From Chloroflexota bacterium (GTDB lineage Bacteria > Bacteroidota > Ignavibacteria > Kapaibacteriales > UBA961), in assembly GCA_041917875.1 (NCBI GenBank), contig JAYRWZ010000254.1:1-36913 (forward strand): a stretch of 36,913 nucleotides of DNA, in the 5' to 3' direction. The translations under genes and the position numbers were made by a program. The notes below the pieces were generated by a model. The model did not search any database, was not told where the DNA came from, and saw only the letters and a list, made by a program, of their open reading frames with translations. Positions 8,913 through 18,033 of this stretch are shown piece after piece (within the stretch, counting starts at the first letter, position 1; each line of letters begins with the position of its first letter).

Positions 8913-10346
8913 ATGTCTGACATTTTAGGAACAGCATTTAGCGTAGGCAATGGTTTGTCTAGCGGCAGTGAATCAAATACTGATTTGCTTATATCTGCTT
9001 TCAGAAGAACGAAGCAACCACAAATTGATGCCCTCACCAAAAGAAAAGCTGATTTAGAAAATCGTCAGACTTTCTTGAATGGGTTTAGAACTCGTTTAGA
9101 GGATTTACAATCGAAATTTACAGGTTTCAAAGATGTCAGTGCTAATACAAAATTCTTCGCTAGTAAAACAACAAGTTCAGATATATCAGTACTTAGCGCA
9201 TCCACAGATACTACGGCCGTTGCGGGCACATATTCACTAAAAGTAAACCGTTTAGCCACAAGTGATGTTCTGGTAAGCAGCCGAAAAAATAAGAATACGG
9301 TTTCCACTTTAGCAGGTACTACTCAGAGTTTTGAAATACAAGGGATAACATATTCAGCAGAATTTGGCATTGATGATACAAATGAAGCCGCCTTTGCAAA
9401 AATAGCGGCAGCTATTAATGGCGACACAACGTCCAAAATCAGAGCTTCTGTAGTCAAAGATACAAGTTCAACCGTGAGATTGTCCTTTACTTCAAAAACA
9501 ACAGGTACAGAAGAAAACATTACGTTTATTGACTCTGATGTGCTAAATGATTTAGGAATCACGACGGCAGGACTGAATCCTAATACAGATGCAAGACAGC
9601 TGTTAAATGCAACGAATGCAGGATATCAAAAAGCAAGTAAAAATGAATTAGATGCATCACTTACCTTAGATGGTATTGAAGTTACACGTTCGTCAAACAC
9701 GGTCGCGGATTTGATTACAGGGGTAACGCTAACACTGCAGAAAGGGCAAGGTATTGCGGATAACCCGATTACGCTGACAACAAATAAAGATGCAGAAGGT
9801 GTTGCTAAAAATGTTATACAACCACTTTTAGACAGTTTTAATGACACATTGCGATACTTGAATAATAACACATCACAGTTAAGAGCAGATTCGGCATTGC
9901 AAGGATTCCGCTCAAGATTAAGGGGGGTAATATCCGAATCAGTAAGTTCCGCGGGTAATGAAAATCCCAAATATCTTACGGAATTAGGAATCACAATTGC
10001 AGCGGATGGTACTCTGTCCATAAGCGATAGAAAAAAATTAGATGATCTACTTGCCGATAATCCACAAAAAGTTGCGGATTTATTTACAGGAAATGATGGT
10101 GTTGCCTCTAAGTTAGAAAGAGTTCTCAATGGTTTTCTTGGTGATACAGGTTTGATAAATGCAAGGACAACCGATTTGCGGTCGCAAATAGTATCGGTGG
10201 GAACAAGAACAAAGGATGTGCAACAAAGGATTGATGCCCAAGCCGAGAGTCTGCGCAAAGAATATGAAAATTTACAAAGAAATTTTTTAAAAGCTCAGTC
10301 GCAATTTTCTGCGTTAAGTGCTTTTACAACAAATAACACTCTATAA
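8913..10346 (+). CDS. fliD: flagellar filament cap protein FliD (hook-associated protein 2)
   Basis: 477 aa. The N-terminal FliD segment, the central motif LTLDGIEVTRSSNTVADLITGVTLTLQK and a C-terminal coiled coil are typical of FliD. Confidence 0.9.
   Translation: MSDILGTAFSVGNGLSSGSESNTDLLISAFRRTKQPQIDALTKRKADLENRQTFLNGFRTRLEDLQSKFTGFKDVSANTKFFASKTTSSDISVLSASTDTTAVAGTYSLKVNRLATSDVLVSSRKNKNTVSTLAGTTQSFEIQGITYSAEFGIDDTNEAAFAKIAAAINGDTTSKIRASVVKDTSSTVRLSFTSKTTGTEENITFIDSDVLNDLGITTAGLNPNTDARQLLNATNAGYQKASKNELDASLTLDGIEVTRSSNTVADLITGVTLTLQKGQGIADNPITLTTNKDAEGVAKNVIQPLLDSFNDTLRYLNNNTSQLRADSALQGFRSRLRGVISESVSSAGNENPKYLTELGITIAADGTLSISDRKKLDDLLADNPQKVADLFTGNDGVASKLERVLNGFLGDTGLINARTTDLRSQIVSVGTRTKDVQQRIDAQAESLRKEYENLQRNFLKAQSQFSALSAFTTNNTL
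10034..10060 (+). promoter_or_regulatory. internal sigma-28-like promoter candidate inside the fliD 3' region
   Basis: A perfect -10 element GCCGATAA (10053-10060) is preceded at N15 by AAAA (consensus TAAA). It lies about 350 nt upstream of flaG. Confidence 0.3.
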
Positions 10347-10411
10347 AACAGTAAGTATGAACAGTATTCACAATATATCAGAGAAAGTCTGAGAGTAGGA
10401 GGAATAAAGTT

Positions 10412-10846
10412 ATGGAACTACGTTCAGTGCAAAGTGCGAGTCAAATATCAATACTTCAGACAGCAGATATACGTTTGGACTTAGATGAACAAAGAGCACA
10501 AAAAAGTGCTTTGTTTGCGGATATTGAAGGCAATTTAGTCCAAAATGAAAGAACACAGCAGCAAACTGAAGAATCGCGTGAACGCAATGATAAACGAGAA
10601 AATAAGGTAAATGATTTTACCTCATTGGAAGAAACATTGCGCGACGATATTCGCGATTTGTTCAATGAAAAGAATGTTGCGCTGAAATTTAGTTTGGATA
10701 ATGAGACCAAACAACTGATATTGTCGCTGATCGATTCAAATTCCAATGAAATAATCCGGCAAATACCATCCGAATTAGCTTTGAAGATTTTGAAATTTTT
10801 CAATGCAAAATTAGATTCGGGACAGGTCACGGATGCAAAGGTCTGA
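10412..10846 (+). CDS. flaG: FlaG family flagellar protein
   Basis: 144 aa. The C-terminal motif KFSLDNETKQLILSLIDSNSNEIIRQIPSELALKI matches the FlaG signature. A strong SD (AGGAGG) precedes the ATG. Confidence 0.8.
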   Translation: MELRSVQSASQISILQTADIRLDLDEQRAQKSALFADIEGNLVQNERTQQQTEESRERNDKRENKVNDFTSLEETLRDDIRDLFNEKNVALKFSLDNETKQLILSLIDSNSNEIIRQIPSELALKILKFFNAKLDSGQVTDAKV

Positions 10847-11192
10847 GAGAGAAATAGAGTCAATTCTTCTAAGATTAGAAGAAATTGTTGAGCAGATATA
10901 TTTGACCCTTGCGAGTGTCAAGGAATCCGAAGGAATCACCATTGGAGATCAAATAGATCTACTATATGATGAGAAACAAAGGATTATAGATGCACTAATT
11001 CATAAAGTGCAGAATGAGATATCTACATTAGCAGTTGAAGAAAAAAAAATGATGGAAACCAAACTTGTTTCTATATTGCAAAAAGAATCTGTAAATTTGC
11101 AGTCAATGGAGATGTACACTAATCTACTGGCTCATAAGTTACGACAATTGCAAAGACAAAAATCACTTAGAGTTTACCGAGGAGAAAGATAA
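10833..11192 (+). CDS. hypothetical helical protein in the flagellar late operon (FlgN/FliT-like chaperone candidate)
   Basis: 119 aa, predicted all-helical with heptad character, lying between flaG and flgM. It overlaps the flaG end by 14 nt. I recognised no family motif. Confidence 0.5.
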   Translation: MQRSEREIESILLRLEEIVEQIYLTLASVKESEGITIGDQIDLLYDEKQRIIDALIHKVQNEISTLAVEEKKMMETKLVSILQKESVNLQSMEMYTNLLAHKLRQLQRQKSLRVYRGER

Positions 11193-11194
11193 TT

Positions 11195-11494
11195 ATGCCA
11201 ATCAATGGAGTCAACAATCAGTCATCCCCCCAAGTTACGGGTACGACCCGCAACTTAGCGTCGGCGTATTCACAATCGGAAACGGTAAATCCGGAGTTGC
11301 CGCCACAAATTAAACAAAGAGAAGATACCGTCGAAATCTCGGAACAAGCTCGCGAATTGATAGAAAATAAATCTTCAGAGAATTTTGGAAGAGTGCAATC
11401 TCAGATAAATGCGGGTTTTTATAATAGGCAAGATGTCTTGAGGCAGACAGCTTCCAAGTTGGCGCAGTCAATCCGTGATATAAAGCCCATTTAA
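11195..11494 (+). CDS. flgM: anti-sigma-28 factor FlgM
   Basis: 99 aa. The EDTVEISEQA segment and the C-terminal RVQSQINAGFYNRQDVLRQTASKLAQSI match the FlgM pattern (v..ik.aI..G.Y.vd...iA.kl). RBS AGGAGAAAG. Confidence 0.7.
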   Translation: MPINGVNNQSSPQVTGTTRNLASAYSQSETVNPELPPQIKQREDTVEISEQARELIENKSSENFGRVQSQINAGFYNRQDVLRQTASKLAQSIRDIKPI

Positions 11495-11649
11495 CAAAAA
11501 AAGAGAAAAAAAACGTACAAATGTATGTTTAGAAGATAAATTGTGTTATTTTGGCATGTAGCCATGAAGATCAAAGTCCTCACCAACAATGGCGAAGGGC
11601 TTTTTTTTTGTTTCTTTTTGAATTGTTAACATTAGCTGAAAGGTTTTGT

Positions 11650-12096
11650 ATGTCACGTTCGCTTAACAAAGTAATGATTATCGGGAATGTCGGTAAAGAT
11701 CCTGAAATAAACTATACCGGCTCGGGAATTCCCATCGCAAAAATGAGTGTTGCAACTACAGAAGCATGGAAAGATAAAGACGGTTTATGGCAAGAGCACA
11801 CAGATTGGCACAATATTGTCGCTTGGCGCGGACTTGCTGAAACTATACATAAAATAGTGCATAAAGGGACACGTATCTATGTTGAGGGCAAACTACAGAG
11901 TAGAGTATATGAAGACCGAGACGGCAACAAACGATCTCAGACGGAAGTAATTGCTGATAGTATAATATTGCTTGATAACAAAGATAATAGGCAAGACAAT
12001 CGCACTGTTGAGTCAAGAACCGGTAAAACCAATGCTGCAGAACAAGATTATGCAGCTCCTCCGGTAAGTTCTCCGGAAGATGATATACCCTTTTAA
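11650..12096 (+). CDS. ssb: single-stranded DNA-binding protein
   Basis: The start is taken at MSRSLNKVMIIGNVGKDPE (OB-fold N-terminus). WHNIVAWRGLAE, a disordered tail and the canonical acidic tip DDIPF are present. The upstream 33 codons in the track are not SSB-like. Confidence 0.92.
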   Translation: MSRSLNKVMIIGNVGKDPEINYTGSGIPIAKMSVATTEAWKDKDGLWQEHTDWHNIVAWRGLAETIHKIVHKGTRIYVEGKLQSRVYEDRDGNKRSQTEVIADSIILLDNKDNRQDNRTVESRTGKTNAAEQDYAAPPVSSPEDDIPF

Positions 12097-12136
12097 GAAT
12101 TACAATACAAAATCGTGTCAGACGTAAGTATTTTGC

Positions 12137-12167
12137 AAGCCCTTCAACAAGAAGGGCTTCTTTTTTT
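12137..12167 (+). terminator. rho-independent terminator after ssb
   Basis: AAGCCCTTC-AACAA-GAAGGGCTT stem-loop followed by a T-run. Confidence 0.8.
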
Positions 12168-12192
12168 CACAAGTACGAAATAATGAAATACA

Positions 12193-13140
12193 ATGGATAA
12201 ACAAAGATCGGCGGAAATTAAAGTTGGGATTGTTACACTAGTCGGTATCGTATTACTTATACTCGGGATTCTTTTAGGAAAAGGTGTAACGCTGGGAGTC
12301 TCATCCAATACGATAACAATGGCTTTTCCTAATTCAGGCGGGATTGAGATAGGTTCGCCAGTGTTTGTAAACGGCATGAAAAGGGGTGTGGTTACTGTGG
12401 TTGAAAATGCAGAAAATAAAGTATTGGTAACTGCTCAACTCGATAATATCTCTGACGTAAAAAAGGATGCAACAGCACGAATATTAATGCTTGAATTGAC
12501 GGGGGGAAAAAAAATAGAAGTCAACCCGGGCACTATGCAGCAATCCATTACGAACAAAGATGTCATCGCAGGTATTGCCTCCGCCGATGCAACGCAACTG
12601 ATTGCTGATGTTGGAGATGTTGCAAATGATGCAAAAAGATTGGTAAGGAGATTAGATACGATCAGCGGACAATTGACAGCTATACTTGGCGATACGGTAT
12701 TTATAAATAACATCAAAGGAACAGCTACAAAAGCCAATACATTACTCACATCATTGAATGAGTTTTATGATACAAACAAAGGTACCCTTCAATCAACAAT
12801 TCAGCAGTTAAAAGGCCTGACGGATGATGTGAGAAAAGCTGTAAATACCAACGAACCGGCTGTGCGCTCTTTGTTGGCAAAGTTAGAAACAACAACCAAT
12901 GATGCTCAAACCTTGTTGAATAATGCTAATGCTTCGGTCGGTAAACTTGACGCATTGCTTATCGATGTCAGATCTGTTGTACAAGATATTAAACAAGGCG
13001 AAGGTGTGGTATCAAAAATTCTTTATGATAAAAAAACTGCCCAAAGATTAGATTCTGTTCTTAGTTCTCTCGGTACTTTTGTTGACCAAGTCAAAGAACA
13101 TGGATTAAATACGAATGTGCGATTAGGTACACGTCCTTAA
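12193..13140 (+). CDS. MCE/MlaD-family protein
   Basis: 315 aa. It has an N-terminal TM helix (IKVGIVTLVGIVLLILGILL), an MCE core (FPNSGGIEIGSPVFVNGMKRGVV) and a long helical C-terminus. Confidence 0.8.
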   Translation: MDKQRSAEIKVGIVTLVGIVLLILGILLGKGVTLGVSSNTITMAFPNSGGIEIGSPVFVNGMKRGVVTVVENAENKVLVTAQLDNISDVKKDATARILMLELTGGKKIEVNPGTMQQSITNKDVIAGIASADATQLIADVGDVANDAKRLVRRLDTISGQLTAILGDTVFINNIKGTATKANTLLTSLNEFYDTNKGTLQSTIQQLKGLTDDVRKAVNTNEPAVRSLLAKLETTTNDAQTLLNNANASVGKLDALLIDVRSVVQDIKQGEGVVSKILYDKKTAQRLDSVLSSLGTFVDQVKEHGLNTNVRLGTRP

Positions 13141-13541
13141 TGGTTCTTTTTTCGTGAAAAGAGAAAACCGTGAAAACGAGAGAATTTTGCCGAGATCACA
13201 TGGGATGCAGAGGGTAGAAAAAAAGAAATACAAAGAAAAACAATACTGATAGGAAACATGATCTTAGCATAGAGTTCAAGATTGCTGTAACGGTAGATAT
13301 CGGACAGCATCCATAAAGAGTTCATCCACATCCAAAAATAAAGAGCTAAGCAAGAGTAGACAGCGGCAGCAGATTTGCTCTTTATGCACATTAAAGAACC
13401 GGATGATAACAATACAACCATACATACTCCGCTTATAGCGGGATAACGATACAACCAAGATGCATCCATGAGAAGCCATGCAAATGAATTGATGATATCA
13501 ATAGTTTCATATTCTGATTTTGAACTTGGTGATTTTTCCAT
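13137..13541 (-). CDS. hypothetical integral membrane protein
   Basis: 134 aa with about four hydrophobic helices. It converges on the MCE gene with a 4-nt overlap. No family recognised. Confidence 0.5.
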   Translation of the reverse strand: MEKSPSSKSEYETIDIINSFAWLLMDASWLYRYPAISGVCMVVLLSSGSLMCIKSKSAAAVYSCLALYFWMWMNSLWMLSDIYRYSNLELYAKIMFPISIVFLCISFFLPSASHVISAKFSRFHGFLFSRKKNH

Positions 13542-13685
13542 AGTAAGGATTACCTAATCTGAAAATTGTTGCCATCGAGACAATAAAGAACAAAAAATCT
13601 GTAACTTGAGCGAAACTTAACGATTATTACCAACACATCAAAAGCATCTTACAATTTTTATTCATTATACAGAGAGGTTAGCAAG

Positions 13686-16196
13686 ATGAAACGGTTTACC
13701 AGTTATGGTCTTTCATTAGCTGCTATGGTGATCTATTTCTTCATAGTTTGCACCGCAGCATTTGCACAAGATGTGCCGGCAGTTCCCAAAAACTTTTCCG
13801 CAAGTGTCAGTGGAACAACAATTTATGCCATGTGGCAAAAAAATCCCGAAGGCCCGGAAGCAACCGGATACAAGGTATATATTGCCAAAGGACAAACGGA
13901 AGATTTGTCGAAGTTTGATCTGGTGGCAACTGTCACAAAACCTATGGACGGTGACAAATACAAATACGCTATTGAAAAATTATCGCCGGGTACATACACC
14001 GTCATTGTACGTGCGTTTAACGGTAATGGTGAAGGAAACAGAACGTCAATTAAAGTCCTCACCGTGAAAGAAAGCGGCGAAGGTAATGGACTTGTGTTTA
14101 AGAGCACACCGAAAAAAGAAGCGGGAGTTAACAGCGAATATGTCTATGAAGCTGTTGTGAAGTATGAAAAAGACCCGAATGCAAAAATTCTCTTCCGTTT
14201 AGCATGTGATGCTCCTGAAGGATTGGAGTTAGACCCTGAGACAGGACGAATATTCTGGCGCACAGGTTCGGCAGGTGTCTATAAAATCTGTTTGGAAGCA
14301 TATCTTGAGTCAAATAATGAAATTGTTGCAAAACAGTATTTTGAAGTTAAAATCGGCGGATCAACAGAAGAAGACGGTTTAGTGTTCATGACCGAGCCGA
14401 AAACAAAACCTACACTTGGCAAAGAATGGGTATATGAAGCTTTGGCAAAGTATAAAAAAGATCCTTCGGTAAAAGTCATCTATTCTTTACGCAATGCCCC
14501 CGATGGAATGATGATTGACGAAAACACAGGACGAGTAACATGGACTCCATCCAAAAACGGGGTCTATGAGTTCGCGATTGTTGCGATTGTCGTTATTGAT
14601 GGTAAAGAAATTGTCAAAAAACAAGAGTTTCGTTATGTCATCGGTGATGGTGAAGGCAAAGAAGAAGATGTACCGGGATGCTCCATACTATTTGGTAAAG
14701 TATCTTTCGATAATGGCGAAAAAGCCAAATCGGGAATGGTAACTATCGTTCGTTTAGAAGGAAACGGTAAAGGCAAATACACAGCGAAAGTAATAAACGG
14801 TACATTTGAAATCAAGGTACCGGAAGGTGTGTATTCTCTAATGGTGAGCGGCGAATCAATTGTAACGGAATATTATAATAATGCGGAATCAATTGAGAAA
14901 GCAGAACGCTTAATAATTGGATGTAATGAGGAAAAAGAAGTCACATTCACTGTATTCGCGAAGGCTGCTGTTAAGAAAAAAATCATTTCAGGCACAGTTA
15001 CAAATAGCGAAGGCAAGGGCGTATGGTGCTATATTGACGTGATTGATCGCAAAGCCGTTGGCGACAATGGAAAAGAAGTGCGTTATTCAGGAAAATCAGG
15101 TGAAAAAGGTACTTTTGAACTATCTGTACCAGAGGGAGCAGAGGTAATTGTTCAAGCTCGTGCCGTGCAAAGTGATGACTATCTTCCAACATTCGGAGAA
15201 TCAACGCTTTCCGCTGCAGATGCTGCTGTTTATACAATGAATGATAATGTGAAAGCAAATATCGTTTTAATCAATCGCCCTGCTTATAAAAACTCCGTCA
15301 GCGGTGTCGTAAGAGAATTTAATGCTACTACAATGCGGATTGCGTCAAAAGTAACCTTGATGAATGTCAAAGAAAATGGCGATAAAGGACGTTTCCGTAC
15401 CATTGAAAGCGATGATCAGGGAACATTTTCTTTCTCTAACATCGAACCGGGAACATATATCGTGCAAGCTTTACCATTCGACAAAGCATATCGCCCGGGT
15501 TATTATCGTGCCAACGGAGAAGCCGTTTCCGAATGGAAGGATGCTGAAAAAATAACAGTTACAGAAGAATCAACCGCAACTCTTGAGATTGACCTTGGTA
15601 AAGCTCAAGGCAAAAAAGGTATTGCTCGCCTTGGCGGTAGTGTTCGTAAAGAAAAAAGTAATACAAAAGGTGACAATGTCTTGGCTGATGAAATGCTTTC
15701 AGGTGCTTTAGTTGTTGCTACTGATGCTTTTGGAAATATTACCGACTGGACAATATCGGATGCTAAAGGTTCTTATGTTCTTAACCAATTAGCTCAAGGA
15801 ACTTATACAGTCAAAGTAGATAGAATTGATTTTGCGCCGACACAAGTAACAGTCCAGACTGATTATGCTACTCGTTCAAACGTACAGGCTGATATTACGG
15901 TAAACACAATTGCATCAAGTGTTAACGAAGAAACAACAAATGCGTTTGCGGCGTATATTTACCCCAATCCGGTGCATAACACTGCTTCTTTGTATCTTGG
16001 CACTATGACAAATCAAGGTAATGTACAGATTAGCATCATCAATTCTTTAGGTGTTGTCGTAAACTCATTTACTTCAGTTGTTTCCGCTGCGAATACCATT
16101 CCTTTATCATTAGAGTCATTGACTCCGGGAATGTATTATGTGCGATTAGTTCATGGTAATGAAATGGTAACATTACCGTGCACGGTAACAAAGTAA
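13686..16196 (+). CDS. large secreted adhesin-like protein with a T9SS C-terminal sorting domain
   Basis: 836 aa. Signal peptide, then an Fn3-like module (PKNFSASVSGTTIYAMW). Two He_PIG/cadherin-like Ig repeats follow (nt 14088-14360 and 14376-14645; EYVYEA..KY.KDP...I.. and P.G...D..TGR..W). There are about four CarboxypepD_reg-like modules. The C-terminus is a T9SS CTD (YPNPVHNTASL...LTPGMYYVRL...). Confidence 0.8.
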   Translation: MKRFTSYGLSLAAMVIYFFIVCTAAFAQDVPAVPKNFSASVSGTTIYAMWQKNPEGPEATGYKVYIAKGQTEDLSKFDLVATVTKPMDGDKYKYAIEKLSPGTYTVIVRAFNGNGEGNRTSIKVLTVKESGEGNGLVFKSTPKKEAGVNSEYVYEAVVKYEKDPNAKILFRLACDAPEGLELDPETGRIFWRTGSAGVYKICLEAYLESNNEIVAKQYFEVKIGGSTEEDGLVFMTEPKTKPTLGKEWVYEALAKYKKDPSVKVIYSLRNAPDGMMIDENTGRVTWTPSKNGVYEFAIVAIVVIDGKEIVKKQEFRYVIGDGEGKEEDVPGCSILFGKVSFDNGEKAKSGMVTIVRLEGNGKGKYTAKVINGTFEIKVPEGVYSLMVSGESIVTEYYNNAESIEKAERLIIGCNEEKEVTFTVFAKAAVKKKIISGTVTNSEGKGVWCYIDVIDRKAVGDNGKEVRYSGKSGEKGTFELSVPEGAEVIVQARAVQSDDYLPTFGESTLSAADAAVYTMNDNVKANIVLINRPAYKNSVSGVVREFNATTMRIASKVTLMNVKENGDKGRFRTIESDDQGTFSFSNIEPGTYIVQALPFDKAYRPGYYRANGEAVSEWKDAEKITVTEESTATLEIDLGKAQGKKGIARLGGSVRKEKSNTKGDNVLADEMLSGALVVATDAFGNITDWTISDAKGSYVLNQLAQGTYTVKVDRIDFAPTQVTVQTDYATRSNVQADITVNTIASSVNEETTNAFAAYIYPNPVHNTASLYLGTMTNQGNVQISIINSLGVVVNSFTSVVSAANTIPLSLESLTPGMYYVRLVHGNEMVTLPCTVTK

Positions 16197-16239
16197 CGTG
16201 TTTTATAACAAAGAGATACGTAGTTTTTGTTTAACAAAA

Positions 16240-16270
16240 GCACCCGAAGTATGGCTTCGGGTGCTTTTTA
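16240..16270 (+). terminator. rho-independent terminator
   Basis: GCACCCGAAG-TATGG-CTTCGGGTGC stem-loop followed by TTTTT. Confidence 0.85.
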
Positions 16271-16431
16271 TTTGTGTAATCACCGGCAGAATTCTGATAT
16301 GGCGAGCATAGGCGATAAACAATGGCTACATTAAATATGAAGAGTAAACGTTTACGCGAGAAAATAATAGAAAATTGGGTATCACGTAATCTAGGCATTA
16401 CTAAAAAGAGGGGAACAGTAAGGTAATTGAA

Positions 16432-17856
16432 ATGCAAATAACAACATTATCTATGGCGTTTACAGCTCTCTTGGTCTTTGTGGTCAATATTACTAAAGCC
16501 CAAGAAACGCCTCAACAACTTATTCCGAAAGCATTTAGTGAGTATTCGGCAAAGAATTACGGAAATGCCCTACGAATATATGACCGCATACTCAAAACGG
16601 ATCCACCAATTGAACAAACACTGCGAGCTTTTGTCCATTTCCATCGTGCAATCAATTATGCAATGCTTCATGAGGATGATTCTGCAATGCTCTCACTGCG
16701 TGTAGCTGTGGATAATGGTTTTGCAGAAGTAGAGGATTTGCAGATATACAATGATTTACAAAATCTCCGAAAACTACCGCAATATGAAGAAATTCTTGAG
16801 AAAGCAAAAGAAAATATTGCAAAAAAGAAGGTATTCAATGTCGAAGAATGGGAAAACCCGGGGCTTGGTTTTTCTTATCTTCATCAATTTGACAGTGTTG
16901 GTTTGGCGGATTTGGTACAGTTACGATTGATGTATAGTCTTGATACTCTCAAAAAACCCTCAATGAACCAAATAACCCATCAGGTAACAGTGATGAATTG
17001 GGTGCATGGACTGTGGAGGCATAACCCGATTCAATCGGCTCCATCACAAAAATGCTTGGATATTCTGCAAGAAGTAAAAAAGGGACAAACATTTCGCTGC
17101 ATGGAATATGCGTCCGTGTTAGCACAGTCTTTACAGTCTTTAGGGTATTCTGCCCGTATTCTCGAACTCTGCTCCGAAGGTATGTCGTATGGTTTGGCAA
17201 AAGCACATGCAGCGGTTGAAGTATGGAACGATGATTTACAAAAATGGATATTTTTAGATCCTCAAAATAATGCTTTGTGGAAGAACAAAGAAGAGTTCTG
17301 CAATGCAGACGAAGTGCGAGAAATAATGGAAACAAAAAAAGATGACTCGTTGGTAATGATAGCCTTTCCATCATCATGGTTAGCCGTTGAAAATATTAAC
17401 CCTTCGGTCTGGCGAAAATATTTCCATTATATATTCTTGCATTATGATAATCGTTATACTTCCAATCCCGATATTTTACAACAATTAGCACCAATCTGTT
17501 ATCTGAGAAGGGGACAGACTCCTGAATTGTTGTATCAAGGAATGCCGCGCGAAATAGATTTTTCTACGAATAGAGAAAAAATATATCCGCGATTAAATTT
17601 AACTCATGTTGCTGTCAAATCAGTCGAACATCAAGAGACGCCCACAGTCACTATGGAATTAACTCATTCCATTAACTCTTTCGACCATTTTGATGTTCAG
17701 CTTGACAATGGTAAAACCAATGAAGTAAGAACGTTAGGTTTATCGTGGAATTTGCGCCGTGGAAAAAATACCATGACAATTAAAGGCGTTAATAAAGCAG
17801 GACTTAAAGGTAAAGAAACCAAAGTTGCCATAGAATATTCGGGCGGAGAAAAATAA
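16432..17856 (+). CDS. secreted TPR-like / transglutaminase-like domain protein
   Basis: 474 aa with a signal peptide. Transglutaminase-core Cys-His-Asp context: FRCMEYASVLAQSLQSLGYSARIL, AHAAVEVW, WIFLDPQNN. Confidence 0.7.
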   Translation: MQITTLSMAFTALLVFVVNITKAQETPQQLIPKAFSEYSAKNYGNALRIYDRILKTDPPIEQTLRAFVHFHRAINYAMLHEDDSAMLSLRVAVDNGFAEVEDLQIYNDLQNLRKLPQYEEILEKAKENIAKKKVFNVEEWENPGLGFSYLHQFDSVGLADLVQLRLMYSLDTLKKPSMNQITHQVTVMNWVHGLWRHNPIQSAPSQKCLDILQEVKKGQTFRCMEYASVLAQSLQSLGYSARILELCSEGMSYGLAKAHAAVEVWNDDLQKWIFLDPQNNALWKNKEEFCNADEVREIMETKKDDSLVMIAFPSSWLAVENINPSVWRKYFHYIFLHYDNRYTSNPDILQQLAPICYLRRGQTPELLYQGMPREIDFSTNREKIYPRLNLTHVAVKSVEHQETPTVTMELTHSINSFDHFDVQLDNGKTNEVRTLGLSWNLRRGKNTMTIKGVNKAGLKGKETKVAIEYSGGEK

Positions 17857-17912
17857 AAGAATGTGGAGATAAGTGAGGGCGGCAAATGTATTGTGTTTTA
17901 TCAAACTTTAAA

Positions 17913-17972
17913 ATTACTATTTTTAATTCCTTAAATTGCAAAAATTTGACAATTAAATATAAAAATAGTAAT
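17913..17972. repeat. 13-bp perfect inverted repeat (ATTACTATTTTTA / TAAAAATAGTAAT) with a 34-nt spacer; possible bidirectional terminator
   Basis: Read directly: arms at 17913-17925 and 17960-17972, in the AT-rich gap between convergent genes ending at 17856 (+) and 18034 (-). Confidence 0.4.
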
Positions 17973-18033
17973 GTTCTTTTGTTCTTCGTTAAAACAAGGT
18001 AAATAAAATCATAACCCGAACGAAATCTGTTTG

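Noticed and set aside
9626-10258. 210-aa antisense ORF inside fliD, and similar long antisense or alternate-frame ORFs (10456-10863, 12435-12749, 16949-17377, 22398-22766, 29657-30115, 30166-30561, 30565-30987, 36538-36894)
   Set aside because: All lie entirely within confidently identified genes on the other strand or frame. They have low-complexity or Ser/Leu-rich translations with no motifs, so they are shadow ORFs.
11551-11649. Upstream start for ssb (track ORF begins at 11551), and a T9 run at 11591-11599 as the terminator of the flagellar operon
   Set aside because: The first 33 codons are not SSB-like, and the OB fold begins at the ATG at 11650. Only a 7-bp stem with a G-U pair and a 17-nt loop (AAAGTCC...GGGCTTT) precedes the T-run. 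Termination there is plausible but not well supported.
16292-16318. GGCGATAA as another sigma-28 -10 box upstream of the transglutaminase-like gene
   Set aside because: There is no TAAA-like -35 element at N15-N16 (TTCT instead), and the gene has no flagellar link.
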